NCBI GenBank assembly: GCA_964187785.1
Contig: OZ076418.1
Span: 56,482,001-56,546,000, forward strand
From: Amphiscolops sp. MND2022
Lineage: Eukaryota
Length of the DNA stretch: 64,000 nucleotides
Direction: 5' to 3'
Part shown: piece after piece, positions 14,770 through 27,915 of the stretch
How the letters are laid out: every line of letters begins with the position of its first letter
Position numbering within the stretch: the stretch's first letter is position 1
Notes under the pieces: model-generated
The model's database searches: none
What the model was told of the DNA's origin: nothing
The model's input: only the letters and a program-made list of their open reading frames with translations
Made by a program: the position numbers and the translations under genes

Positions 14770-17700
14770 AAAGCAGGCATCATCATTTGCCAACTTGGAT
14801 CACCCGGTGCCGCGATTGGAAGCCAAAATTGCTCAACAAATATGGAAAATTGTGGTGTGAAAACTGCGATGAAGATATAACGGTTGAAACAAGACCTTTC
14901 AATGTGAGACTCATATTAGAATTTAAGAAAAAATCCAAATCCATCATCTCCAAATTTAAGATCAAACCTAGTTATTAGTACAGAAACATAAACTGAATAA
15001 AAATGAATCGAAAGAGTGTCAAACGATGGAGGTAATATCGCAAAAAATGTTACCCAGATTCAAACGTCAAATAATTAAATATCTAGCTAAGTTGGTTTGA
15101 AGGACAAGAAGAAGTTTTAATATAACGATGTATTATAACAATTTTGATGATTTTCACATACTTCAAACAATAGCTGACAAGCAGTTAGAAGAGTCTTTAC
15201 AAATTCAAGAAGTAACGGAAAACAAAATGGAAATATGTAAATTCATGTATATTCAACCTTCTTTATGCGTTGAGTTACTAGAAACTTCAAAAAATAGTGA
15301 CCCTTTTTGAATTTTATGGATTATATTTGCCTACCAAATGCTAGTTGACGTGAATAAACAACGCCAATGCATTAACTTCACGAGTCTCACAATTTCTTTT
15401 TAAAAGTTAGGAGATTCCCAAGTTTGAAAAGTTGAACAACTTGAATATAAATATTTTTGAGTTGATTAAAACATTGCCAACACCAATTTAAACTGATCAA
15501 AACGTACTCAGAAGACCAAATAGATCTCTTTTGTGTGCAAATCATAATTGTCTGATAACAACATTACTTTCCCTGATGAATGAAGGTATGCACATCAAAC
15601 AGGTATGGTAAGGATGAGATGTTCAACAGCAGTTAGTTCACAAGACATCCTGAAAGATCACAAAGAAAGTTGTATAAAACTACAACCAACCAAACTCAGG
15701 TTTAGTGATAACCCCAACCGAATGTTTGAAGATTATCACAGGAAAGTAGATGTTCCCATAAAAATAAATGATGACTTGGAAAGTAATAACCAACATCAGT
15801 TTGTACCAATGTGCTTTAAAGAATTTCAAAGTGCTGTTGGTTATTAATTGATATCACCATTTAGAAATCAGTTTTACTCATATTTTGGAACAAACTGTGT
15901 AGAATGGTTTGAAACGGAAATTTTTTAGAAATAGAAGCAAATACATATTTCAAAAAAAAAGATGCAAATCCTCAAGGAAAAATCCAAGGAGCTGAAGTGT
16001 GGCGGCTTTGTGATGCCCTTTGTCTCCTCTTTGGGTAACCAATCAAAAGATGAATTTTGAGATCATGATCATCCGAGAGAATACAGAGGAGCAGCTCATA
16101 AAGTATGTAATCTCGGCGGCAAACAAAAGTGTAGCAACTGCTGGCCATCATCCTGCGCAGTTTAATGCCGCCCTGATCCGTTGCTTGTACTGTGGACCGT
16201 TACTGAACAAATCCTGCTTTTTGTGTTTTAAAGGAATGTTTCGTATGGCTGGTGGGTCCGATGTGACCCGTACGAAACCCCTGCGATCCCTTTTTGCACT
16301 TGTTTGGATCCAATTTGATCCGTCACACACTTCCCTCAATGTACCTTCACGCGTTCCGGCTCTCCAACTATGAGAGTAGCTACTTAGTCGCTCTAACTCT
16401 AGCCAAAAGTGGTGAAAATTGAGAAGTTGATCACTTAGTCTCTTGGTCCTAAGACCCAACTAGACTATAGCAATTCACTGGAGAAAAGCTCTATCTAATA
16501 ATGGTAAAAATCTGGCTTACAATTTTACATTAAATATACATCAAAACATGTTGTATAAATAAATGACATTTGAAACATAATATGAAGGTATTGGCTAAGT
16601 AAACAAACAATGTGGTGGTTTCGGCATGTTGGTCAGTAGGGCTAGAAAGTATGTTTACACAATGTAAAAACCTTTAATTTCAACAGAATTACAACTCCTT
16701 CAAGGTCATATGAGAAAATAACAAAAACTTGTAGAGCAAAATATGGGTTTTCAATGGGTCCGACTTAGGTCACTTTGGGTGCTATTCGCATGAAATTGGG
16801 GTTTTTACGGGGTAGGGCGTTCCGAGTGAAAAATTGAGTAGCACCTCTAGTATATACATGCTAAGTTTTAGGGTCATTGGTCAAGTGCTTCTCAACAATG
16901 GCCGGGGTGGTGCACTTTCCCTCGGGCTTATTGATAAATTTTCTAAGCGTTTTGAATTATAAGTTCCATCAGTTACGTTCAGAACTCAGTTTCTTGTCTT
17001 GCAATTTACTGGCGCCAACGAAAAGCGATAAAGATTTGTTCCTATTTTTTCCTTAATTTTAGTTATTTATTTGTTGTGATTGTCATCTAGCACTCGATGA
17101 ATTACTTCAACAATTTATGTTTATCTATTAGGATCAAAGATATTATCCAAGAGTTTGCAAAAGTATGCATATAAAGAGGTTGGTTGTTTAGGATTCTTAG
17201 ATTTACAAAGTTTTTCTCTTCTAGACTACAAAATCTTACAGCATCTCTTGACACTGTGGACCCCAAGGGTTTAACTGAGGATAAAGTTCATAAAAAGTTG
17301 CTCTATCTATATGCGAAACTCAATCTATAAAAATGGATCGACGACATAAACTAACAGGAAAAGACTCTTGGACAACATTGATACAATCCTCCTCATCTTA
17401 AGATGATATACAGGTGAATTATAAATACAATATAACAACAGAAAAACAACTGTTTTACCTAAACATTGAAAATCTACAGATACCTTCCTTGTGTTTTTGA
17501 GAACTTTACCAGTACCTGATGAGTAATTCTAATGTTTTCAAAGACTGTGAGATTCTGTTAAACAGTCATTTACAAATTACAAACCAACCACCAAACTAAC
17601 GTGTGATTTAGCATACCAGGAAAAGTACATGATACAATATAGACTTCTCAAGTTTCTTGTTAACATAGGGATTAAAGTAACATAAATTCAATGTGACATT

Positions 17701-18620
17701 TTATATAATAACCATGGTTAGCAAAGTCATGGAACATAACACCCGAAAAATCAACGCAAAAACAAACTTTGAAGGAGACTATGCAAATTAAAGAGCAATG
17801 CTTTCTCTGGGAAAACAAGGAAGAGCGTTATAGGCAGAATCAATCTAGATTTCAAATCTCACCCTTAAATAGTCCAAATGAAACAAAAACAAACCAAAGC
17901 GATCGTGGACAACTATTCTACCTTAATTGTTTATAAAAGTGATAAATAAAACACAGTTTTCTGAAAAACCGTTTTATTGAGGTTCTCTGTTTTCAAATTA
18001 GGTAAACTATTAATGTATGAGTCTCATTATTATACTTAAGGAACAAAAAAATGCAAGTACAAAATATTTATATTGACAGTTTGTTTTTCTCAGTTTTGAT
18101 AGAAATGTAAAACGTTTATTAAATTTCTTACAACAAAAAAGGAAAAAATGTGATTTCGTTGAACCAAATAAAAGCTATCAAATATATGATCCTAATATTG
18201 AAAAAGGTATAGGAGAGAGGAAAATCAAAACATCAATTATATTAGTTTTTTCAAAAATTGCCACTTACGTTGGAAATCAATTTCGTCTCTTTTTCTAATG
18301 TTCAAAAAGCAAACAAAAAAAGAATACAAAATGCTCCGAATATTGACGAAAAAGTCATTGTTTTTTTCAGAAACAAGTTAAAAACCCTACTTTTGTCTTT
18401 CATTGTTACATCAATTAACAGTACATTGGCAAGACAAACTATCTTTGAAGCCGTTTGACGTCAAACGTTTGTTCATAATACCTATAAAATGTTTACATTA
18501 GAACAAACACACAAAACTTTTTTGGTGTAACTGTATTTTATGCATAAAGTTCATTGGATTGTATTTCGAAGAAATAACTAAAAGTAATTCAGACAAAGAT
18601 ATAAATTTTAGCGTGTGAAA
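14770..18620 (+). mobile_element. Polinton/Maverick protein-primed DNA polymerase B remnant, copy 1
   Basis: Endonuclease-VII-like motif DHDHPREYRGAAHKVCNL (~16060-16115); polymerase motif ...FKLGKLLMYESHYY (~17990-18035, cf. ELSKLLMYEFYY); N-terminal LWCENC. Interrupted at ~16130-16950; many stops. Confidence 0.75.
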
Positions 18621-18789
18621 ATTGATGAAAAAAATGAACCTTCAAGAGTTCCGAAAACGGATAAGCCACCCAGCACATCTTTCATGAAGTAAACAAATGT
18701 TATAATAAACATAATAATAGGCATTTATTGTATATAAAACGAACTTCATGATTTGTATATATACTAATATTTATTATATAGTATGAAAT

Positions 18790-19990
18790 TATATATAGTC
18801 TGGGTTCAAAGAAGTTCCCTAATTCATAATATGCTTGGTCATAATGATCTCTATCATAATTACGATCTATTCCATCAACAGGAAAATTTTCTGAAACTTA
18901 GAAATTTTAAACCAATATTATTGTGAAAAAGGCAATCATCATTTGACTCTTGGGTAAGATAGAAATCATCGGAAATCAGGTGAACGTAAATTAGTCTGTG
19001 TGAAAATTTTTGGTGTGAAGACTGCGGTAAATACATAACCGATAACAACAAGACATTCAATGCGAAACTCATGAATTAAAACGTCAAATACTATCATCTC
19101 CAAAAAAACATCAAACCTAGATACAGGAACAATGTTTAATGATAAGAACCGAATGAGCATCAAGACACAGAACACCAAACGAAGAGAATACTTTTGCAGA
19201 GTATAAACGTAAGTATGTAAATATGAATAGAGCATCTACCTGAAACGTTTCAGAGTTTGTCTATCAACAACCCTGTGGTGGTTCTTTGTATGGCATAGTG
19301 ACTTTGGTATGTCACAAAGATGTATTACAATGATTTTAATGATTTTCAAATTTATGAAAGAATAGATGATGAGCAGTTGGAAGATTTACAATCTGAAATT
19401 GCAATGAAAAAGCAGAAAAAAAGAAGAAGTATGTAAGTTCGAGGGTATTCAACCCTCTTCAAGCGTTGAGTTACTAGAAAGTTTAAAAAATAGTGACCCT
19501 TTCTGAATTCACTGGTGTATATTAGACTACAGACAGCTAGTTGATGTGAAAAAACAACGCCAATGCATTAAATTCAGCCGACTTAAAGTTTCCTTTTAAA
19601 ATTAGGGAGATTCCCAAGTGTGACCAGGTGAAAAACTCGAATATAAATGTTTTTGAGTGGAATAAAACATTGCCAACACCAATGTAAATTGATGAAAAGT
19701 ACTCAAAAGACAAAATAGATCTCTTTTGTATGCAAATCATATTTGTCTGATAACAAAAGTACTTTCCCTAATGAATAACGATTCGCATATCAAACGTGTA
19801 TGGTATGGAACAATGTGTAACAGCATTTATTTCACAAGACATCTTAAAAGATCACAAAAAATGATGTATAAAACAACAACCAACAAAAATCAATCAGGCT
19901 CAGTGTTAAATCCCACCTAATGTTTGAAGATTATCACAGGTAACAGATGTTCTAATATATGATGACTTGGAATGTAATAAAATAATCAAT
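18790..19990 (+). mobile_element. Polinton pPolB 5' remnant, copy 2, containing a partial LTR (~19180-19314)
   Basis: 18930-19130 aligns by eye with 14770-14970. 19315-19950 is a close paralogue of 24961-25560 and 15125-15800. Confidence 0.7.
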
Positions 19991-20028
19991 CTCAAGATAG
20001 TCCCAAAGTTTTCTTTAAACAACGTTTC

Positions 20029-23000
20029 ATAACGAATCGGACCTCAGAGTAGTGTATAAACGTAAGTGTGTAAACATGAATAGAGCATCTTTTTGAAACG
20101 TTTTAGAGTTTATTTTCCGCCCAAAGATATTGGGGGGGGGGAAAATCATGATCTGTGATGCTCACATTTTTTTCAGTTTTTTTGACAAGACTCCTTTTAA
20201 ATGGAAATCCATAATCCAAGTCTCTCTTTAAAGCTCTGGAAAATTTTGATTTCTTTCAAAAACAAACTCTCTGTTGATGTAGAAATAGTAGTGAATTAGA
20301 TCGCTTTGGTTCCGCCAAATCTCTACGATTTCCGTCCACTTGACTATTTCAGTTACAATCAATCGGTAGGTCTTGGGTTCGAATCTTGCCTCCGACTGAT
20401 TTCTTGTGACAAGACTGAAAATATCCCGCTGTTTAGCTGGCGTCTTGTTTATCAACAACTCTGTGGCTCTTTTGTATGACATAGTGACCTTGGTGTGTCA
20501 CTTTCCCTCTCCATGTGGGTTGGTGTTTTGGTGCGAGTGCCAAATAATACGGTTGATTTCAGATTTGTTTTCATTGGTCAGCATTTCACGGTCTTCTCTT
20601 TCTTCACTGTCCGTCTGCACTCTGGTTCGACTTTCCTGTATCAAATCATGGTTAAGCCTAGTTTCCTTTTTAATAATGTCTGTTTTGTAGGAGACACAGC
20701 CTAAATTTCCGGTTTCTTTGTCAAATGGAAGTCGCTTGGGTGTTCTTATCGGTATATTCAGTTCGGTTGTTGCAAGACCATAATTTATAACTGTTCCCGC
20801 GATGAGGTCTTTCCTTCGGGTGGATTGGAGGCTTCGATGTTCTTGTGGCCTTCGCTAGTGGTATAGCAGTGGAACTCATCATCTGAGATGATGCTCAAAT
20901 CCAAGTCCACTGTTTTCTCCACAATTTTTCCCGCGACGTGAACTGTCTCCTTTGGTTGCGTGCTTTGTCTTTACGTTTCAGCCAGTCTTCGCGCGTTTCG
21001 TGATTTTCTGCGTTTGGTGGGTCCTTGGTTTTTCTGTAGTCGCAGGATGCGGGGGACTCCATGTCTTTTGAACAGGAGGGCTGTTCGTTGGCTGATTGTC
21101 GAGTGCCAATCTGTTTTGATAATGTTAAGGTGTCTGAAACGGTAGAGGATTGGATATCAGTTTTCGGTGGTAATTTTTTAAGTATGAACCGTTCAACTAC
21201 AATCAATTTTCTTTTCTGTTTGTCGTGAAGGTGTGATCATGCCCAAAATATCTATTTGTGGTTAATTGTCAAACTTGCTTTCCAGAGAGCTCTTTTTTTA
21301 AAAAAAGTAAAAGGATAATTGTTTACACATACCGTACTTGACGGATTCTTTGTTGTGTGAAGGTCAACCACCGTTTGTATTTCCGATCATTTGTTTTCTT
21401 TTTCGACATCACCAGATGGTCTGTGATATCGTCTGTAGAGTTCCGCGTTATGTACACGCGTTAAGTAGAGTTCCGCGTTATGTTTCTGCGGAATTGGCTG
21501 AAATAACAGTTTTTAGGTTAGTCAGTTTCGTTTTGGGTTTCCGTCCGAAGTGGAGTTCAACGGTGACTTTTGTCGTTCCGAATTGACAGTAAACCTAAGT
21601 ACGTATACTGCCTTATCTAGGCTGTCTCTTAGGATTCCATCCTCCAAACTTGCCTTTATCAGGTTCTTCAGTGATTGGATTGTTCTTTTGACCCATGCGG
21701 TGCCGATATGTTTGATGGGCCTTACTTACGAATTATATTGCTTTTTGTTACAGTAATTGTTTAATTCTTTTGATATGAATGCGCTGCCTCTATCTGTTTT
21801 GGTACCATCCCATAAATGTTAGTATATTCTTGTGAAAATTTTACGTTTTCGTGGTTAGTATTTTTACAATTTTTGCTACTGTCCGTCGACTGTTGCTGTC
21901 GATAGCGATTGTTTAAACGGAGAGCGTTCAACATGTTTGCTATGTAGAATCCTCGTGTAGACCACAGGCTTTAAAGTTTTGTCACCCGGAGTTTGTGGCG
22001 GATTTCTTTTTAATTTTTCAGTGCTAGGAATTTGGAATTCTAGGTTCTTACCGGTTATTGAGGCAAGCCGAGCAGGTTTTGGCTTTCCTTTCAATATCGA
22101 CTCGCACATTTAGCCACTAGACGATCATTACATCACCGCACATTTTGTTGACACCAGGGTGTCCGAAATGTAATGCGTTGAGAGCGGCGTAGCGTATTAA
22201 TGCGGTTGTTGACCACTGTAATACAACAGCAGTGGGTAAGTCTTTCGGCGACATGTTTGTCATCTTCAGAGATTTTTTTCAAGTTGTTGTTATCGTGGCA
22301 ACATTGTAGTTCAATTGATTTCGGATCTGCGACGCGGTTTATTTGATTAATGTCTCCAAGTTTAGCATAAAATCCAGTTCCACCGATATGAGGTTTTTTT
22401 GTTCCTAACTGCTAAATTTTCTGTAACTCGGTTGATTCGGACGTAACGTCCGCTATTTCTTCTATTGGTCAGTCTCGAAAGTTTTGTCCCGGAATAGACT
22501 GGTATGCGCCAGGTTCCTTGGTTGTTATTGGCTTTTTGGGAGAGGAAGAGACCGTGGATTCGGATTTTTGTTGGTTTCCAACGGTGCTTCCGTCGGAGTA
22601 TTGTCTCTCTGTGGGGTTGGGTCCCTGAAGTCTTTGAAATACCCACCACCGAGATGTGTAACTCGATGTTCTTCTTTCCGTTCGGGCGCAAATCGATGCG
22701 TTTTATCTGCTTGCGTTCGCCTTCTTCCGGTCTCTTTGGGATTAGGATTTGTCTATCATGTTTCTTGTGGTATTGGTAGCACATATTTCAAGAATTGGCA
22801 AGTTTATTGCGTCTTTCCAATAGCTCCTGCCTTTCCAGTTGTCTCTTCTTCTGATGAGTTGCATAAACCTATCGTCGGCGCCTCAGTGGTATTTTAATCT
22901 GTCGTCTTCATCTCTTGGAAATTTTGATTATGGGTGTTGTTGTTGCTGTCCATGTTTTCTGACGGGATATTTTTTGTTTCAATGCAATTTGACTGGTTAG

Positions 23001-24960
23001 TGGCCGAACGAGAGCTTGTGGGATAGTTGTTTGATATGAGGCAGCGCGTGCAAGTTTGCGTGGGTTGCGCATAATGCATGGCTGCATGAACAACTTCTGA
23101 GATGGTATGGCCCGGCCCTACAGTTTTTATATGGAATATTGTTTTTTGCTAACTTTATAGCCTTCATTTTTTAGTTTCATCAGTACAGATTCCAGTTTCT
23201 GGGTGTGTTTGTCTTTCGAGCCGTGTGTGACGACAATTATGTTGTCCAACCACACCGGGTGTTGCGTGACTGAGTGTTCGTTCATTTGCTCTTGGAATAA
23301 CGTGGATAAATCGGCTGGACCGTGAAATCCCTTCAAAAATTTGTAGTATCTGTTGTTTTTTCCCTGTAATTACAATGTTGCAGTGCTTGTTCTGGGTGCT
23401 AGTGTCATCCGTAGGCATAATCTCATTCTATTACAGATATCCAGATCGTGTCGGTGCTGTTCCTTGATAGATCTGCGAATATATGATTGAGTAGTTCATC
23501 CATAGTTGGCATGTGTGGTCTCTTTTTTTGCAGCTTTCGTTTAATTAACGGGTATCTAAAGTGATTTCGACGAGTTTGTACTTTGTATGTGATTATTACA
23601 AGTGATACAACGAAGTTTTCTTATATGGTTGCTTGTCTGTCGAAATGTGCGGAATTGGTTAGTCGGTTTATTCCGTTCTTTACGTCGTCTTGTAAGTGAT
23701 ATTGTATGGGTCGTGCTTTTTGTTGTATCGGATAGCATCCTGTTCGATTTCTTCATCTTCAGAGTTTGTGTCTTCCATGTACTTTATTGTTCTTTGGTTG
23801 TTGTTGTTTTGTTTGCTTCAACATACCCGGGTGAATATACCTAGTATTTGGCAGTTGTTTCATTTCGTGGATTTTGCCGGAGAATATTGCTGTGGTTTCC
23901 AGCTTTGTTGTCCGCAGAATCCACATTTTGTTCCTTTTTTGCGTAGATTTACCCTAATTGTTGTTTTCGTATTTTGTATTGTGGTATTCTTGGTTTCGTG
24001 TAATTTGTCTGTTCTGGATTGGATCTTGTTCAATTCCTTTGTCTTTTGCTAGTGCGGGGGTATCGTAGATTGTTCGTGTCGTCGGTCGTAGCTGGTTTAA
24101 GTTATTAGCTCTGGAGTTGTTCTGATGTTTAGTGTTTTCTCACGTAGTAACTTCTCCCGTCTTTTTTTGTCGGTGATAAAGGTGACAAATTTTGATACCA
24201 GTAGGTCTTCTTGTTTAATGTTTTTGAATTCGCAATTCATCTCTAGTGTTATTAGTTTTTTCCAATGATCTTCTGGTATTTCGTTGCCTTCTTGCTTTGC
24301 CCAGAAAAATACTCAGCGGCTGTTGTATGTGTTTCTCGTGGCCATGTAGGGTTCCCGGAGTAATTGTAGTAGTTTGTCTGTTTTGATTCTGTCTGGGTCC
24401 GTGTTAAAGTCACCTTTTGTGATTTTTTCGATGGATGAATGTCCGGCACCCCAGATAACTTTTTATCTGATTCGGGTTCTTTTTTGTCCCATGTTACACC
24501 GGAGGGTACTATTTAAAACAATAGTATCTGTTTGATAACGATGTTGTGGATTCTTTTAATGTGTTTCCACAAACTTTCGGTGTGAATATTTTCTTTCCGT
24601 CTAATCCGGTATCCTCCTGGTACGCTAATTGCATGTTGTTTGTTGTTATGTCATCCTCGGTGGTGTTGTCGGGATAGGTTTTTGTTAGAGGAAAAAATCA
24701 AAAGTTAAGTTAGAAGGTTGGATCTTGTTAATGCACCATGTTAAGATCTCTAGTTCTAGGTTTAAAAAGATGGTTTGTTGCATAATCTAATTCGCACTGT
24801 TCTATTTCAAATCAATCTTTGCAATGTAACAGGTCTCAGAGTAGTGTATAAACGTAAGTATGTAAACATAAATAGAGTATCTGACTGAAACGTTTCAGAG
24901 ATTGTCTATCAACAACTCTGTGGTGGTTCTTTTGTATGGCTTAGTGACTTTGGTATGTCA
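20029..24960 (-). mobile_element. Decayed, internally deleted Gypsy element C with both LTRs
   Basis: 5' LTR 24825-24960 (minus strand TGACATACC...CTGTTACA). 3' LTR ~20029-20500, preceded on the minus strand by polypurine tract GGAGAGGGAAAG (20501-20512). Degenerate RT LFQE.....WLDNIIV (23127-23336); integrase TDRGSAFISKE (~21770-21800). Confidence 0.75.
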
Positions 24961-27150
24961 CAAAGATGTAATATAATGATATTAATGATATTCAAATATT
25001 TGAAACAATTGATGATGAGCAGTTGGAAGATTTCGAAAAATAGTAGAAAAAAGTAGAAATACGTAAATTCAAGGATATTCAACCCTCTTCAAGCGTTGAG
25101 TTACTAGAAATTTTGAAAAAGAGTGAACCTTTTCGAATTTAATGGTGTATATTAGCCTACCGACTGCTAGTTGATGTGAAAAAACAACGCCAATGCATTA
25201 AATTCAGTAGACCTAAAGGTTCCTTTTAACATTAGGGATATTCCTAAGTGTGAAAAGGTGAAAAACTCGAATATAAGAGTTTTCGAGTTGAATAAAACAT
25301 TGACAACGTCAATCTAAAATGCTGAAAATTACTCAAAAGGTCAAATAGATCTCTTTCGTATGCAAATCATAGTTGTCTGATAACAAAGTTACTTTCACTG
25401 ATGAATGACCATTCGCACATCAAACATGTATGGTATGGAAAAGATGTGTAACAGCATTTATTTCACGAGACATCCTAAAAGATCACATAAACTGATGTGT
25501 AAAACATCAAAAAAATCAATCAGGTTTAGTGTAAAACCCCAGCTAATCTCAAGATAGTCCCATAGTTTCATTTATTCAACTTCCAATTGATGTTGGTTAT
25601 TAACTAATATCTCCATTTGGAAATCAGTTTTGCACAAATTTTGCAACAGACTGAGTAAAATGTTTTGGAAAAGGGTCTTCTGTATAGAAAAAGAAGCAAA
25701 TACACATTTCAAGAGAAAGATACAACTCCTTAAAGAAAACATTCCCAAGAAGTTGAAGCGTGTTGGCTTTGTTAAACCTTTTGTTTCCTCTTCGGGTGAC
25801 CAACCAATAGATGAAGTCCGAGATCATGATCATTCAATAAAAAATACAGAGCCGCGGCTCACAAAGTATGTAGTCTCAACTGCAAACAAAAGCGATCAAA
25901 CTTTGCTCCTAACTTTTTTTCCATAATTTTAAAATTTTGTTGCGATTACCATCTAGTCCTCGAGGAATTTTTTAGACAAGCGTTTATTTTTCAATTAGGA
26001 TCAAAAATAAAATCTAAGAGTTTGCAAAATTATGCATCGCATCTGTTGAGGTACTTTGTTTGGGATTTTTAGATTCACAAAGGTTTCTTTCTTCTAGTCT
26101 CCAAAAACTTATTGCATCTCTTGATACTGCGGACTCCAAGGGTTCAACTGATGATAAATTTTCCAAAAAGATAGACCTTCCATTTTAGAAACTAAATCTA
26201 GAAGATATGTACCGACCAGTAAATTTAACCGAAAAAGACTATTGGACGTCATTCAAACAATCCTCCTCATCTCAAGATGATATACAACGTACCCAAAAGG
26301 TGATCCATATGTACAGTATTACAGCAGGAAAACAAATGTGTTATACATGAATTTTGATGTTCTACAATTAGCTGATGTGTTAAGAAACTTTGTCACTACG
26401 AGTTCAAAACAAAACGGGATTTTTCCTTTGTATAATTAAACATTACCAGGTTATTCCTCGAAAGGTGGTTTGAAACATACCGAAATCAGGGAAGATTTTT
26501 GAAAGGTGAACAATTCTTAACATTATTGGAAAAACAAATCCTTGGAGGAATTTCCAGTGTAAAGGGCGATGTAATAGGTTTGTTGAATCGGATGCCCTCG
26601 AAATATCTTTCATATTGATGTCAATAATCTATATTGATGGACTATCAGTCAACCGATTTGTACTGGGGAGTCATTAAGTTTTTCAATGCCTCTGTGAACT
26701 CTGTTAAACAACCAGTTTACAAATTACAAACCAACCACCAAACAAGTACGAGATACATTATAGACTTCTCAAGTTTTATGTTAACATGAAGGTTGAAGAA
26801 ACATAAGTTCAATGTGACAATTTCAAACAATCATCTTGGTTAGCATCTTGGTTTGGAAGCGACTTATGCAACTTAAAGAGCAATGTTTTTTTTCGGGCAG
26901 TCAATGAAGAACGTTAAGGCAGAATCAATCTAGATTTCATATTTCACTCACAAATAGACGAAATAAAAGAAAGACCATCCAAAGTAATGTTCAAAGAAAT
27001 TGTGAACCACTATTGAACGTCAAACATTAATAAATTTGACAAATGAAACACAGTTTTTGAAAATCTTTTTTTCAAGGTCCTGTTTTTGAATTACGTAAAC
27101 TATTAATGTATGAGTTCCATTATCATACTTTAGAACAAATGATAGAAAAT
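24961..27150 (+). mobile_element. Polinton pPolB remnant, copy 3
   Basis: Collinear paralogue of copy 1, including gatcatgatcattca...acagagccgcggctcacaaagtatgta (EndoVII motif, ~25820) and gtaaactattaatgtatgag (KLLMYE, ~27095). Ends abruptly at the (TA)n run. Confidence 0.75.
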
Positions 27151-27207
27151 TCCATCATATATATATATATATAAATATAAATATATAAATCAATATAAAT
27201 ATTATCA

Positions 27208-27294
27208 TATAAATCAAGGACAAGTTGCTGGTGAGAAAAAATTGAAAAACTGTCCAAGTTGCCAAATCTTCAGAGCAACATGGACAGCAACTGG
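27208..27294 (+). repeat. Left terminal motif of the YR element; direct copy at 36010-36097
   Basis: tataaatcaaggacaagttgc...aaaaactgtccaagttgccaaatc...agcaacatggac versus tataaatcagtgacaagttgc...aaaaactgaccaagtttccatatc...agcaacatggac; roughly 75% identical by eye. Confidence 0.75.
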
Positions 27295-27915
27295 GACAAC
27301 TCCCAAAAAAAGTTTCCAGTGGGAATTTTTTTCCCAAAAAAGTATCTGGTAATCCCTGGGGCCATATATTTCGTTTTTTCATTGAAATAAAGTTCTCCGC
27401 CACCTACAAAAAACTGAAAAAATTGATTTTTTCCAACTTGCGGGGAGCTGGAGGCCGAGTTGCGGAAAAAAATTTCGCAAGATGGTCCAATTTTCAACGA
27501 AAAAAAAACATAATAAAAAACGTTGTTGCAGCAGCGGAAAGTAGGATTAAATCATAACTGGGCCTTTTGATAACCAAACAACCCGTTTCCACAAATTTTT
27601 CAGGAGGAAAAATCAATGACTACAAGAATACCCAACAATAATATTTTTTCCGCAACATGGAAAGCAAAATGGCCCTTTTGTGGTAAAAAAATGCACACGA
27701 ACAGTTTATAATGCAAAATGCAAAAATAAATACTGTTCCAAAAGTAACACTGAAAATACTAAATGCTGAAACAAAACCAGAATAATGCGAAAGTTCTAAT
27801 ATAGGCAGTTCTAGACTAGATATCTAATTGGTGTGGCTTCTGTAATTTCTAAAGACGCTGCGATCCTAAATTGTGTCGCTTCTAAATTGTGTCGGTTCTA
27901 AATTATGTGGGACCT

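Noticed and set aside
14130-14770. Candidate 3' LTR of Gypsy B
   Set aside because: No matching 5' copy found upstream of 10820.
20360-20395. Possible tRNA gene (ggttcgaatc)
   Set aside because: Only a T-loop-like motif; no acceptor stem or cloverleaf could be built.
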